A stretch of 56,047 bases of DNA from Acidimicrobiia bacterium (GCA_016871375.1 VFYY01000004.1:1-56047); one strand, 5' to 3'; shown: positions 18,011 to 27,954, numbered from the stretch's first letter. Notes: a model not told the origin generated them from the letters alone. Program-made: numbers and translations.

Positions 18011-18403
18011 ATGAACACGAACGTGACGACCGGCTCGCTGTACACCTGGACGCAGGGCATCTACCTGCTGCACGCGTTCAGCATCCTGACGGGCATCCTC
18101 GGCGCCGCCACCGTGATCGGCGCGTTCCTCACCGGCTGGCCCTCGATCATCGCCGTGATCCTCAACTACGTGAAGCGCGCCGAGGCGCGGGGCACGTGGC
18201 TGGAGTCGCACTTCCGCTGGCAGATCCGCACCTTCTGGTACGGCCTGATGTGGGTCTGCCTGTGCGGGCTGTTCGTGCTGCTCACGCTCGGCCTCGGCAT
18301 CTTCGTCGTCTGGGTGCCGCTCGGGATCGTGACCGTCTGGTTCGTCTACCGGGTCATCCGCGGCTGGATGGCGCTGACGTCCGGGCGTCCGCTGTACGTG
18401 TAG
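18011..18403 (+). CDS. DUF4870-like small membrane protein
   Basis: IIAVILNYVKR, WLESHFRWQIRTFW and YRVIRGW motifs with hydrophobic helices. Confidence 0.82.
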   Translation: MNTNVTTGSLYTWTQGIYLLHAFSILTGILGAATVIGAFLTGWPSIIAVILNYVKRAEARGTWLESHFRWQIRTFWYGLMWVCLCGLFVLLTLGLGIFVVWVPLGIVTVWFVYRVIRGWMALTSGRPLYV

Positions 18404-18424
18404 GGGCCGACCGCGGGGTCGGCC

Positions 18425-18976
18425 CTACCCCTGAGCGCCGCTGATCACCCGCAGGTACTCCCGCCAGGGGCCGACTTCCTCCGCGTACTGCTTCGCGATC
18501 ACGCGCGAGATCTGGACGAGGTGATCGAGGTCGTGGGCGACCCACGTGGCGAGGAGCTGCCGCAGCGTCACGACGCCGAGCGCCGGATGGCGGCCGCGGC
18601 GGTCGAGGGCCGCGTCAGTGACGTGCAGCGCGGCCAGCGCGCGAAGACTCTCGCGGCGCAGCGCCCCGAACTCGTCGAGGAGCTGCGGCAGCGTCTTTCC
18701 TTCCGACTCGCGGAACTGCGCGAAGCGATCGAAGGTCTCGAAGGCGCGCGCCTCGCCGTGCTCGAGAATGATGCGGGCGCGGGGCATCCAGTCCGTCCGC
18801 TCGCCGTGAATGAGGTGGCCGAGGACGTCGAACGGGCTCCAGGTGTCGCCGCCTTCGTGCGCCGACGTCCATCCGTCGGGCAGGCCGCGCAGCAGCGCGT
18901 CGAGCGTGGCGGGCGTCCGCGACAGGATGGCGACGGCCTCATCCAGCGCGAACGGCCGCCGCGTGCGATCCGTCAC
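18425..18976 (-). CDS. DinB family protein
   Basis: WSPFDVLGHLIHGE and WVAHDLDHL..I His triad. GTGA overlap with the upstream stop. Confidence 0.88.
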   Translation of the reverse strand: MTDRTRRPFALDEAVAILSRTPATLDALLRGLPDGWTSAHEGGDTWSPFDVLGHLIHGERTDWMPRARIILEHGEARAFETFDRFAQFRESEGKTLPQLLDEFGALRRESLRALAALHVTDAALDRRGRHPALGVVTLRQLLATWVAHDLDHLVQISRVIAKQYAEEVGPWREYLRVISGAQG

Positions 18977-20724
18977 GGCAGCGCGAACACGTAGATCGCG
19001 TTGTGGGCGGGCACCGGGTTGGGGATCGCCTTCGGCATCACCTCGAGCGGCCCCGAGGTCGCCGACTGCGCGTTGCCGGTGAAGATCATCACGTACTGCT
19101 TGCCGTTCACCGCGTAGGTGATCGTGCTGTTGACGATCATCCCGCCGACCACCGCCTCCCACAGCACCGTGCCGCTGTCGGCGTCGAGCGCGCGGAAGCG
19201 GCGGTTGAGGTCGCCGAAGAACACGAGGTCGCCCGCGGTGGCCAGCGCCGAGCCGTTCACCGGCTGCGGCTGCGAGTAGATGATCCGCATCTCGCCCGTG
19301 GACGCGTCGATCCGCGCCATGTTCATGAACCTGTTCGGGTCGGACCCGGGGCGCGGCACGCCGACGCGGCGTCCGTAGCCGGTCGGGCTGTCGTTCACCG
19401 ACTCCATCGACAGGCACTGGTCGTGGAACGGGACGTAGATGGCGTTCTTGCCCGGGTGATACGCGATCTGCCAGAGGCTCCGCGTGTTGTGGAAGCACTC
19501 GAGCACGGTCTCGCGGTCGCGCCGGAACATCTTCTCGGGGTTGGCGCCGGTCTTCCCCGTCTTGACGTCCACCACGCTGAAGTTGAACTCGGGCACGTCG
19601 AACGGAAACGGCCTGCCCCAGAGGAAGCGGCCGGTCTGCCGATCCAGCGCGAACATGCCGCCGGCCTCGGCGACCGTGATCACCACGTCCTGCGCGGTGC
19701 CGCGCGCGATGTCCGGGTTGATCCACTTGACGTGCTTCGGATCCGGGTTGACGCGCGTGCGGATCAGCAGGCGCTCCTGATTGTGGTCGGCGTCCCAGTC
19801 GTCGCCCGGCAGCTCCTGGAAGTACCACGCGAGCTTGCCGGTGGCGACGTCGAGCGCGAGCGTCGAGTTGCTGTACAGCTCGGTCGGCGACATCGGCGAG
19901 ATCTCGTCGTAGCGGCCGTGGCGCTTGAAGCGCGTGTACGGGTTCGGGTTCGCGACGCCCCAGTAGACGATCTTCCGCACGGGATCGTAGGAGCCGGGCA
20001 GGCCCCAGGGACACGCTGCGCGCTGCTCGACGGGAATCTGTCCCCACGTATCGCCGCCCGGCTCACCCGGCGCGGCCGTCGTGTAGAAGCGCCACACCTC
20101 CTTGCCGGTGCGCGCGTCGTGCGCGGCAAGGAAGGCGAAGTCGCGCCGCGACTGCTGGCAGGTGCGGTTGGAGATCACCTTGCCGTCGGCGACGAGCAGG
20201 CCGCCGGCGGTGATCTGGCCGTTGTCGATCTTCGTCTCCCAGCGCAGCCGGCCGGTGGCGGCGTCGAGGGCGACGAGGAAGCCGTCGGGCGCGCCGAAGT
20301 AGATCATGTCCTCGAAGATGCCGAGGTTCTTGGCGCGCGCGGCGGCGGCGGCGACGCCCTGCGGATATTCGCGGCGGTACTCCCAGATCAGATCGCCGTT
20401 GGTCGCGTCGAGCGCCTGCACGCGGCCACCAGGCGCCATCACGTACATGACGCCGCGGTAGACGATCGGCGTGGACTCCTGCACGCCCGGCGGCAGGCCG
20501 CGCGACCACGCCATGCGGAGCTGCGCGACGTTGCCCTGGTTGATCTGGCTCAGCGGGCTGTAGCGATGCTGATCCTGCGTCCGGCTGATGTGCAGCCAGT
20601 CGGCGGGATCCGGGTTGGTCAGCACCGCGTCGGTGGCGGGGACAAACGCGGGCCGCTGCGCGTGCGCGGGAACGATCAACGCGGCAGCAAGCGACCCGGC
20701 AATCAACAGCGCGTTCTTCTTCAT
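18973..20724 (-). CDS. PQQ-dependent dehydrogenase-like beta-propeller protein, periplasmic
   Basis: Signal peptide, RYSPL.QIN..NV..L..AW, ESTPIV, repeated ALDA.TG...W, D.WD.D and TY.VNGKQYV motifs. Confidence 0.9.
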   Translation of the reverse strand: MKKNALLIAGSLAAALIVPAHAQRPAFVPATDAVLTNPDPADWLHISRTQDQHRYSPLSQINQGNVAQLRMAWSRGLPPGVQESTPIVYRGVMYVMAPGGRVQALDATNGDLIWEYRREYPQGVAAAAARAKNLGIFEDMIYFGAPDGFLVALDAATGRLRWETKIDNGQITAGGLLVADGKVISNRTCQQSRRDFAFLAAHDARTGKEVWRFYTTAAPGEPGGDTWGQIPVEQRAACPWGLPGSYDPVRKIVYWGVANPNPYTRFKRHGRYDEISPMSPTELYSNSTLALDVATGKLAWYFQELPGDDWDADHNQERLLIRTRVNPDPKHVKWINPDIARGTAQDVVITVAEAGGMFALDRQTGRFLWGRPFPFDVPEFNFSVVDVKTGKTGANPEKMFRRDRETVLECFHNTRSLWQIAYHPGKNAIYVPFHDQCLSMESVNDSPTGYGRRVGVPRPGSDPNRFMNMARIDASTGEMRIIYSQPQPVNGSALATAGDLVFFGDLNRRFRALDADSGTVLWEAVVGGMIVNSTITYAVNGKQYVMIFTGNAQSATSGPLEVMPKAIPNPVPAHNAIYVFALP

Positions 20725-20855
20725 GACTCCTACCTGCGCAGCGAGCCAGGCCGTCAGGCACGCCACCGACAGACCCTTGCACATGGAATGTCCCCCCGGC
20801 GTTCGCGATTGTATTCCGTCTCGTTTCTCCAGAGTAGGATGCCGCACACGGGCCC

Positions 20856-21908
20856 ATGAGCCACATCCTGTTCTTCGTCCACGGCGTCGGCAAGCACGCG
20901 ACCGACTGGGCGGAAGCCGCGGGCGGTCCCATCGAGGCGCTGAAGGCGGCGAGCCGGCAGTACGCGTACTTCGGCGATCGCCGCCTCGAAACCCGCGTGG
21001 AGATGGTGTCGATCCACTACGACCCGATCTTCACGCAGGTCATCGCCGACTGGCAGCAGAACGCCAACGCGGTCAATGACCTCGACGCCTCGGGACAGCT
21101 GCAGACGGCGCTCGGGTGGCTCGCCGACGCGACGGAGGAGCAGTTCTGGTGGAGCCACGTCGCCGACGTGGTGCTCTACAAGCTGTCGCTGCCCTACCGC
21201 CAGATGGTGCGGACCTACATCATCAACGAGCTGGCCACGCGCATCGAGGCCGAGTTCGACGCGAACGGCAGCGCGACGTGCTCGGTGCTGGCCCACAGCC
21301 TGGGCACCGCCGTCGCCCACGACTGCCTCCACTATCTCGGCACGACGAGGTGGGGCAACGTGGCCAACCCCTTCCACCCGCGCCACTGGCGGTTCCAGCA
21401 CGTCTTCATGCTGGCCAACACGTCGCGGCTGCTCGAATCCACCGACGCCGGCATGGCCCGCGCCTACACCTCCATCGTCCGGCCCGGACCAGCCGAGGAC
21501 CCGGCGTCGTATTGCGGCACGTACTGGAACTTCCGGCACGAGTACGACCCGGTGGCCATCCCGCGGCGCTTCGACGCCGTCGGCTGGAACGGCTACTCGC
21601 TCGAGGTCGTCTCGCACTACCACGACGTCAACATCCACGGGTTCAGCCACTACCTGGCGAACCCGAGAGTGCACGTGCCGATCCTGCGCAAGGTGGTCAG
21701 GCGCTCGGCGGTGACCGACGAGGAATTCCGCGACGCGATCCACCCCGACAACTTCCCGCAGTTCCGGATCGCGCAGGTGGACAAGGCGAGGGCGCACCTC
21801 GTGGCGCTGGCGCGAGAGACGGTGACCGTCGGCGAGGATCCGGATACGCGGGCGTTCGTGCGGATGCTCCTCAACGTCTACAAGCTCCTCCAGGAGTTCC
21901 GCCAGTGA
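20856..21908 (+). CDS. Alpha/beta-hydrolase-fold protein (lipase-like)
   Basis: FVHGVG oxyanion region, VLAHSLGT nucleophile elbow, YDPV Asp and IHGFSHY His. Confidence 0.75.
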   Translation: MSHILFFVHGVGKHATDWAEAAGGPIEALKAASRQYAYFGDRRLETRVEMVSIHYDPIFTQVIADWQQNANAVNDLDASGQLQTALGWLADATEEQFWWSHVADVVLYKLSLPYRQMVRTYIINELATRIEAEFDANGSATCSVLAHSLGTAVAHDCLHYLGTTRWGNVANPFHPRHWRFQHVFMLANTSRLLESTDAGMARAYTSIVRPGPAEDPASYCGTYWNFRHEYDPVAIPRRFDAVGWNGYSLEVVSHYHDVNIHGFSHYLANPRVHVPILRKVVRRSAVTDEEFRDAIHPDNFPQFRIAQVDKARAHLVALARETVTVGEDPDTRAFVRMLLNVYKLLQEFRQ

Positions 21909-22990
21909 CCCGCATGCGACACGTCGCGGCTGGAGCGTGGCTGCTCGTCCTCATCACGGCCCAGGCCGCATTCGCGCAGGTCAACGACGTCACCGCATGG
22001 AAAGCAGCACCCGCCCACGAGGCGTCGTACGAGAGCGTGCGGCGGCGCCACGCCGATCTCCTCGGCACCTGGAGCTACGGCCGCCTCTTCACCGAGCTCG
22101 CCAGCGAGCTCGACACGAGCACGGCCTGGCCCGCGGGGGACAGGACGCGCGCGAACCTCGTCACCGCGCTGCGCGAGATGGCCGCGCGGTTCGCCGGCGA
22201 AGACGCGAAGCTGGCTGCCGCGACCGACGAGGCGTCGAAGAACGCGATCGTGAACACCATTCTCGACACCCGCCCCACGGGCCTGTTCCAGCTCGTGGAC
22301 GAGACGTGGTTCAGCGGACGGCAGTTTGTCGTGACGGCGGAGGAGGTCGAGGCGCTGCCGGCCGCGCGCTTCCAGGACTTCATGCACCGCGTCACCGTGG
22401 CCGAGCGGCTGCTCCGCGAGATGGCGCGCCCCAACCGCGCCGCCGCCGTGGCCGCCATCGCCGCCGCCGCGGAGCGCTGGCGCCAGTACGTGTTCGACGG
22501 CCGATCGCAGTATCCGTGGGAGATGGCGCTCAACGGGCTCACCACCGCGGCGCGCAGCGACATCCAGAACCCGCCGCGCCGGCAGTGGGTCCTGCTGCAT
22601 CCCGAGGTCGGCGTGGAGATGGGCCGCGGCGGCGCCAACGGCGACTACGTGACCGGCAAGGAAAGCGCGCTCGTCCAGGCGCTCGGCCACGTCTGGTACC
22701 GCTGGCCCGCGTCGGCCGGCGAGGAGCTGCGCTGGTGGGGCGTCTCCGGATCCGTCTCGCTGCGCGAGGAGCAGCGTCCCGGCGTCGGCTTCACCGTGCA
22801 CTACGGCAAGGTGGTGAACGTCGGCGTGTTGTGGCGCGAGGTCGATCGCAACGGGCGCCGCGAGCGGCTGCCGTACGTCCACACCGGCGTGGATCTCTTC
22901 CGCCTCGCGCGCAAGCGCCTGCCCGACTGGCTGTCGAAGCGGCTCGCCGACGGCAGCGCGCAGGCAGCCGCCCTCCCGGCGTCACCCTGA
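21905..22990 (+). CDS. Secreted hypothetical protein, possible C-terminal beta-barrel
   Basis: GTGA coupling, signal peptide ending AFA-Q, helical N-half and alternating aromatic beta-strands in the C-half. Confidence 0.7.
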   Translation: MTRMRHVAAGAWLLVLITAQAAFAQVNDVTAWKAAPAHEASYESVRRRHADLLGTWSYGRLFTELASELDTSTAWPAGDRTRANLVTALREMAARFAGEDAKLAAATDEASKNAIVNTILDTRPTGLFQLVDETWFSGRQFVVTAEEVEALPAARFQDFMHRVTVAERLLREMARPNRAAAVAAIAAAAERWRQYVFDGRSQYPWEMALNGLTTAARSDIQNPPRRQWVLLHPEVGVEMGRGGANGDYVTGKESALVQALGHVWYRWPASAGEELRWWGVSGSVSLREEQRPGVGFTVHYGKVVNVGVLWREVDRNGRRERLPYVHTGVDLFRLARKRLPDWLSKRLADGSAQAAALPASP

Positions 22991-23008
22991 CAATCCGTTT
23001 TTCCCACC

Positions 23009-23017
23009 TGCTACCGT
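23009..23017 (+). promoter_or_regulatory. Putative extended -10 box of a leaderless transcript
   Basis: TGCTACCGT 6 nt before the ATG at 23024. Confidence 0.4.
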
Positions 23018-23023
23018 AGGGCG

Positions 23024-24286
23024 ATGCGCACGCGCGTCCACTACGCCTGGGTCATCGCCGGCGTCACCTTCGTCGTGCTGCTCGTGACGGCGGGCATCCG
23101 CGCCACGCCGGGCGTGCTGATGGTGTCGCTCGAGGCGGAGTTCGGGTGGACGCGGACGGTCGTCTCGGGGGCGGTGGCGATCAACATCGCGCTCTTCGGG
23201 CTGCTCGGCCCCTTCGCCGCGTCGGTGATGGACCGGTGGGGACTGCGCCGCGTCGTGCTCGGCGCGCTCGCCCTGCTCGGCATCTCGGTCGCGCTCACCA
23301 CGCGCATGCAGAACCAGTGGCAGCTCACGCTGCTGTGGGGCGTGCTGGTCGGCACGGGCACGGGCGTGACGTCGATGGTGCTGGCGGCCATCATCGCCAA
23401 CCGCTGGTTCGACGCGCGGCGCGGCCTCGTGCTGGGCGTGCTCTCCGCCGCCAACGCGACGGGACAGCTGATCTTCCTCCCGCTGCTCGCGCAGCTCGCC
23501 GCCGAGCGCGGCTGGCGCGCGGCGGCGCTCCTCGTCGCCGGCGCGGCGGCCGTGGTCTTCGTGGTCGTGCTGGTCTTCATGCGCGACCGGCCGGAAGACC
23601 TCGGGCTGCGGCGCTACGGTCGCCCGCACGACGCGCCGCCGGACACGGGACCGAGGCCGATGGCGCCGATGGCGGCGCTCGGCTTCGCGATGCGGTCGCG
23701 CGCGTTCTGGATCCTGGCGGGGACGTTCTTCGTCTGCGGCGCGAGCACCAACGGCCTCATCGGCACGCACCTCATCGCCGCCTGCCACGACTACGGCATC
23801 GCGGAGGTGCGCTCGGCGCAGCTGCTGGCGATGATGGGCATCTTCGACATCATCGGCACCACCGCCTCGGGCTGGCTGACCGACCGCTACTCGAGCCGTC
23901 ACCTGCTCTTCGGCTACTACACGCTGCGCGGGATCTCGCTGCTCTTCCTGCCGCTGACGCTGCAGAGCGGCGGCAGCCAGCTGGCGTGGTTCGCGGTGTT
24001 CTACGGTCTCGACTGGATCGCCACCGTGCCGCCGACCGTCCGGCTGACGAGCGAGGCGTTCGGCCGCGAGAACACCGGCGTGATCTACGGATGGATCGGG
24101 GCCAGCCACCAGCTCGGCGCCTCGATGGCGGCGATCGGCGCCGGCACCATCCGCCAGGTGACCGGCGACTACCAGACGGCGTTCTGGATCGCCGGCCTGC
24201 TCTGCGTCGCCGCCGGCACGTCGTTCCTCACCTTCGGCCGACGCACGTTCTCCAAGGCGCCGGCGGCCGCGCTCGCGACGGCCTGA
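23024..24286 (+). CDS. MFS transporter
   Basis: About 12 hydrophobic segments, MDRWGLRR, RWF..RRGL..G and GWLTDRY motifs. Confidence 0.93.
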   Translation: MRTRVHYAWVIAGVTFVVLLVTAGIRATPGVLMVSLEAEFGWTRTVVSGAVAINIALFGLLGPFAASVMDRWGLRRVVLGALALLGISVALTTRMQNQWQLTLLWGVLVGTGTGVTSMVLAAIIANRWFDARRGLVLGVLSAANATGQLIFLPLLAQLAAERGWRAAALLVAGAAAVVFVVVLVFMRDRPEDLGLRRYGRPHDAPPDTGPRPMAPMAALGFAMRSRAFWILAGTFFVCGASTNGLIGTHLIAACHDYGIAEVRSAQLLAMMGIFDIIGTTASGWLTDRYSSRHLLFGYYTLRGISLLFLPLTLQSGGSQLAWFAVFYGLDWIATVPPTVRLTSEAFGRENTGVIYGWIGASHQLGASMAAIGAGTIRQVTGDYQTAFWIAGLLCVAAGTSFLTFGRRTFSKAPAAALATA

Positions 24287-24287
24287 G

Positions 24288-24572
24288 CCCACTAAGAGCA
24301 CAAAGACGATCAGCCACAAAGGCCACTAAAGCTTTTTCACAAAGGTCACAAAGGACGACGTTCGACCGCGCCGCCGAAGGCGGCAGCGCGAACGTCGAGA
24401 GCGCGAGCACAAGCCGATCTGCCCGTCGAAGCGGCTTGTGCTCGCGCTCTCGACGTTCGCGCTCTCGGCCTGCTGCGCAGGCCGGCCGGTCGAACGTTGC
24501 CTTGGTGTCCTTTGTGTCGTGATCCGGGTGTAGACGGCTTTGTGGCAAAACCGTCTTCGTGTCCTTGGTGGG
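24288..24572. repeat. Large (~285 bp) palindromic intergenic element between convergent genes
   Basis: Perfect 32-bp stem 24385-24416/24432-24463, side hairpins GCCGCCGAAGGCGGC and GGCCTGC-T-GCGCAGGCC, and outer CACAAAG / CTTTGTG periodic arms. Confidence 0.85.
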
Positions 24573-24575
24573 AAG

Positions 24576-26651
24576 TTACTCGACGAACGGCTCGATGCCC
24601 GCCGCCTCGAGCACCCGCCTGGCGGCAGGCGTCGTGAAGGACAGGAGCAGCTCGCTCGCGCCCACCTCGTCACGCGTGTTCGCGCACACGCCGCCGGTGA
24701 ACCCGATCCACGTCTGCAGCTCCTGCGGGATGCGGCCGACCAGCTGCACGCCCTTCACGCCCGTGATGCGCGACGCCACGACGACGACGTACTCGGCGCC
24801 GCCGTCGGCGACGACTTCGACGTTGTACTCGCCGGGCATCGGCTTCATCTTCGGCTTCATCTGGCGCGTGATGCCGAGGCGATCGACGAGGCTGACGAAG
24901 TAGCGGCCGCTGGCGCCGTCGCCGGGATAGGCGACCGATGTCGCGCCGAGCAAGGTCTTTGTGAACGCCGCGGTGGTGGAGATGTCGGGCCTGGGCGCGC
25001 CCTCGCGCATGCCCATGCCGATGCCGGCGCGGCCGATCACCGTACGCGTGGCCGCGACGACCTTCTCCTTCCTGATCAGCGCGTCGAGGTTCTCCGGGTT
25101 GAGCACGGCGACGTCGCACGGCTCGCCGGCTTCGATCGTCCGCTGCGTCTCGGGATTCACCGCGAAGCGGACGTTGACGCGGCGCCCGGTCGCGCGTTCG
25201 AACTGCGACGCGATGCCGGCCACCGCCACGCGCGGGCCGTTACCGCTGAGGAGCGTGAGGGCCGGCGTCTTCGCGGCCTCGAACTTCGTGCGCAGCGCCG
25301 CGCGGTCCACCGCCGCCCCGCGCATGTAGACGGCCGAGATCCGCCGCGTGTTGTCGATGTCCTCGAGCGGGTTGGCGTCGAGGACCAGGAAGTCGGCGCT
25401 CTTCCCTGCCGCCACGGTGCCGACCTCCGTGAGCTTCAGAAATTCCGCCGGGTTGCGCGTGGCCGCCGTGATCGCTTCCGCCGGCGTGAGCCCGGCCTCG
25501 ACCATGCTCGCCATCTCGATGTGCGAGCCGAAGCCGAAGTAGAACGCCCCGTTGGTCGCGCCCGCATCGTCGCCCAGCCCGAACCGGATGCCGGCGGCCT
25601 TCAGCGCCTGCACGCCACGCGGGACGATGCCGGCCTTCCAGCGGGCGGCGGCGTCGGCAGGCGCGGCCGGCCGTTCGAGCGCGGCGATCTCCTCGGCGGA
25701 GAACGTCTCGCGCAGCAGCGGATCGTCGATCCACGCGGGCCGCCGGCCGAAGATGTCGTTGCGCGTGCTCCAGAGCGTGAGGAAGACGAAGACGTTCGGG
25801 CGCCGGCGGAACAGCCCGATCAGCTCCTCGTCCATCGCCGTGCCGTCGCGCCACGGCGGGTGCACCAGTCCGTCGATGCCCGCCCGCATGATCCCCTTGA
25901 CGTCGTCCTGCGCGAAGGCGTGCGTGACCGCGACGAGGCCCTGCGCGTGCGCCTCGTCGATGGCCGCGGTGTAGATCTCCGGCGTGAGCTTCTTCACCGT
26001 GCCCTCGCGATCGTCCACCCAGATCTTCACGAACTGATCGATGTTGCGCGCCTCGAGCTCGCGGACGGCGGCGCGGGCCTCCTCCGGCGTCGTGACGCCG
26101 TAGGGCGCGTCGCGCAGCGGCGGCGCCGGCCCGCCGAGCGGCATCGCCAGGCCGCGGCCCGCGGTGAGGAACCGGGCGGTGTTCGGCAGGGGATTGGCTC
26201 TCAGCTCGTCGCGGAGCGCAAAGCCGGCTTCCCGCTCGGCGCCCATGCTCATCACGGTCGTCACGCCGTGATACGCGAAGCGCTGAAGGTGATCGATGAG
26301 GTTCTCGCGCGTGTAGTTCTCGGCCGTGAAGCTTGCGCCCTTGCGGTAGCCGAGATGCGCATGCGCGTCGACGATCGCCGGCATGACGGTCTTGCCCGTC
26401 AGGTCCACGCGCGCGGCCCCATCGGGCGCCGTGACCTCTCCCCTGCGGCCGACGCGCGTGAAGACGCCGTTCTCGACGAGGAACGCGGAGCCTTCGATCG
26501 GCGCCTGCTCGTCGCCGATGATGAGCCGCGCGCCTTCGAACAGCGTGGCGGTCGATCCGGGTGCGGGCTGCGGTTCAGAGGGCGCCTGCGAGCACGCGGC
26601 CGCCGCCATCGCCAGTACGCACGCGAGCGCGGCTACGGAACGGACAGCCAT
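24576..26651 (-). CDS. Lipoprotein amidohydrolase fused to a ModA-like substrate-binding domain
   Basis: AAAAC lipobox; MPAIVDAHAHL, FVKIWVD, TH, H, G.DAG and GKSADF..LDANPL motifs; then LTLLSGNG...GASGRYF...IPQELQ SBP domain. Confidence 0.85.
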   Translation of the reverse strand: MAVRSVAALACVLAMAAAACSQAPSEPQPAPGSTATLFEGARLIIGDEQAPIEGSAFLVENGVFTRVGRRGEVTAPDGAARVDLTGKTVMPAIVDAHAHLGYRKGASFTAENYTRENLIDHLQRFAYHGVTTVMSMGAEREAGFALRDELRANPLPNTARFLTAGRGLAMPLGGPAPPLRDAPYGVTTPEEARAAVRELEARNIDQFVKIWVDDREGTVKKLTPEIYTAAIDEAHAQGLVAVTHAFAQDDVKGIMRAGIDGLVHPPWRDGTAMDEELIGLFRRRPNVFVFLTLWSTRNDIFGRRPAWIDDPLLRETFSAEEIAALERPAAPADAAARWKAGIVPRGVQALKAAGIRFGLGDDAGATNGAFYFGFGSHIEMASMVEAGLTPAEAITAATRNPAEFLKLTEVGTVAAGKSADFLVLDANPLEDIDNTRRISAVYMRGAAVDRAALRTKFEAAKTPALTLLSGNGPRVAVAGIASQFERATGRRVNVRFAVNPETQRTIEAGEPCDVAVLNPENLDALIRKEKVVAATRTVIGRAGIGMGMREGAPRPDISTTAAFTKTLLGATSVAYPGDGASGRYFVSLVDRLGITRQMKPKMKPMPGEYNVEVVADGGAEYVVVVASRITGVKGVQLVGRIPQELQTWIGFTGGVCANTRDEVGASELLLSFTTPAARRVLEAAGIEPFVE

Positions 26652-27604
26652 CGCCTGGCGAGCTCCGCATAGGTGGTCGAATTCGACACGCGGCTGAGGA
26701 TGTCCGCCGACAGCGTCGGGCGCGGTGTCACCTCGCCGTTGGTCCGCAGCTCCTGCAGCATCGCGTCGCACAGCGCCATCGCCGGCTGCGACACCATGTT
26801 GGGGTGGATGTTGACCTTCATCCGCGTGTTCGTCAGCAGCGGCTTCGCCACGCCGATGCCGAGCAGCGGCACGGGCAGCTCGCCGGCGATCCGGTTGATC
26901 TGCTCCGCGCTGAACCCGGTGAGGCTGTTCATGACGACGTCGGCGCCCGCGCGGGCGAACGCCTGGCCGCGGCGGATGACTGTGTCGAGATCCTCGGCAA
27001 CCGTGCGGCCGATGATGACGAAGTCGCGGTTCGTCCGCCCGTCCACCGCCGCCTCGAGCCGCTCGCGCATCCGCTCGACCGTCTGCAGCGCGCTCGTGGT
27101 CGGTCCGCCCGGGCCGGCCCACGTTTCCATCTTTTTCGGGTTGACGCTGTCTTCGATATGCAGCGCGGCGATGCCCGCGCGCTCGTAGAGCTGCACCGTG
27201 CGATAGACGTTCAGCGACGTCTCGCCCGCCTGGTCGGCGTCCACGATCGCGGGAATCCGCACCTCGCGCGCGATGCGGCCGGCGATCTCGACCATGTCGG
27301 TGGTCGTGATGATGCCCCAGTCAGGGGCGCCGAGGTACGTCATCGACATCATGTTGCCGCCGATGTAGACGGCGTCGAAGCCGCGCGCCTCCGCGAGCTT
27401 GCCGGCGATGACGGTGTACGCCTCGGGCGCGGTGAGCAGGCCCGGCGCGCGCAGCAGCGCGCGCAGTCTGGCGAACTTCGAGGCCCCGTCCGGTGGGGGC
27501 GCCTGTGCCTGGACCGGTACCGCGTTCAACCCGAGCGTCGCGGCGGCGCCCGCTGCCGCGGCCGCCTGCTGCAGGAAATCACGACGTGATGCTGGACTGT
27601 CCAT
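26633..27604 (-). CDS. Isocitrate lyase/PEP mutase family protein with Tat signal
   Basis: SRRDFL leader; GFDAVYIGG, VDADQAG, HIEDS..PKK and FVIIGRT motifs. Confidence 0.85.
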   Translation of the reverse strand: MDSPASRRDFLQQAAAAAGAAATLGLNAVPVQAQAPPPDGASKFARLRALLRAPGLLTAPEAYTVIAGKLAEARGFDAVYIGGNMMSMTYLGAPDWGIITTTDMVEIAGRIAREVRIPAIVDADQAGETSLNVYRTVQLYERAGIAALHIEDSVNPKKMETWAGPGGPTTSALQTVERMRERLEAAVDGRTNRDFVIIGRTVAEDLDTVIRRGQAFARAGADVVMNSLTGFSAEQINRIAGELPVPLLGIGVAKPLLTNTRMKVNIHPNMVSQPAMALCDAMLQELRTNGEVTPRPTLSADILSRVSNSTTYAELARRWLSVP

Positions 27605-27636
27605 ACGCTCCTCTGCTGGAGCCGACAGTGTAAGTC

Positions 27637-27954
27637 ATGGGCGGCGCGCGACGGACGCCGCGCGCCGCCGGTCCGGCGTGTTATCGGGCGCAGGTGCAGC
27701 TCTTGCCGCAGTTGCACGTCTGGCCACAGCGGCATCCCGCACGGCGGCCCTGGGTCGAGTACGACTTTCCCCGGTTCCGCCTGGGAGCCGGCTACGGCGC
27801 CTATCAGTCACGCGGCGCGGTGTGGCAGCACAAGCCGTTCGTCACCGCGACCGTCAAGGTGCCGCCCGTCGGCAACGTGGAGCTCTGGCTGCAGCGGCTC
27901 CACGACAATCACCTCACCGCGCAGATCCGCTTCGCGAAAGTATTCGTGCACTAG
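27637..27954 (+). CDS. Hypothetical protein, probably a remnant of a beta-strand-rich protein
   Basis: The C-terminal half has coding-like codon bias (WVEYDF..FRLGAGYGAY...VELWLQ), but the N-terminal part is not protein-like. Confidence 0.4.
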   Translation: MGGARRTPRAAGPACYRAQVQLLPQLHVWPQRHPARRPWVEYDFPRFRLGAGYGAYQSRGAVWQHKPFVTATVKVPPVGNVELWLQRLHDNHLTAQIRFAKVFVH

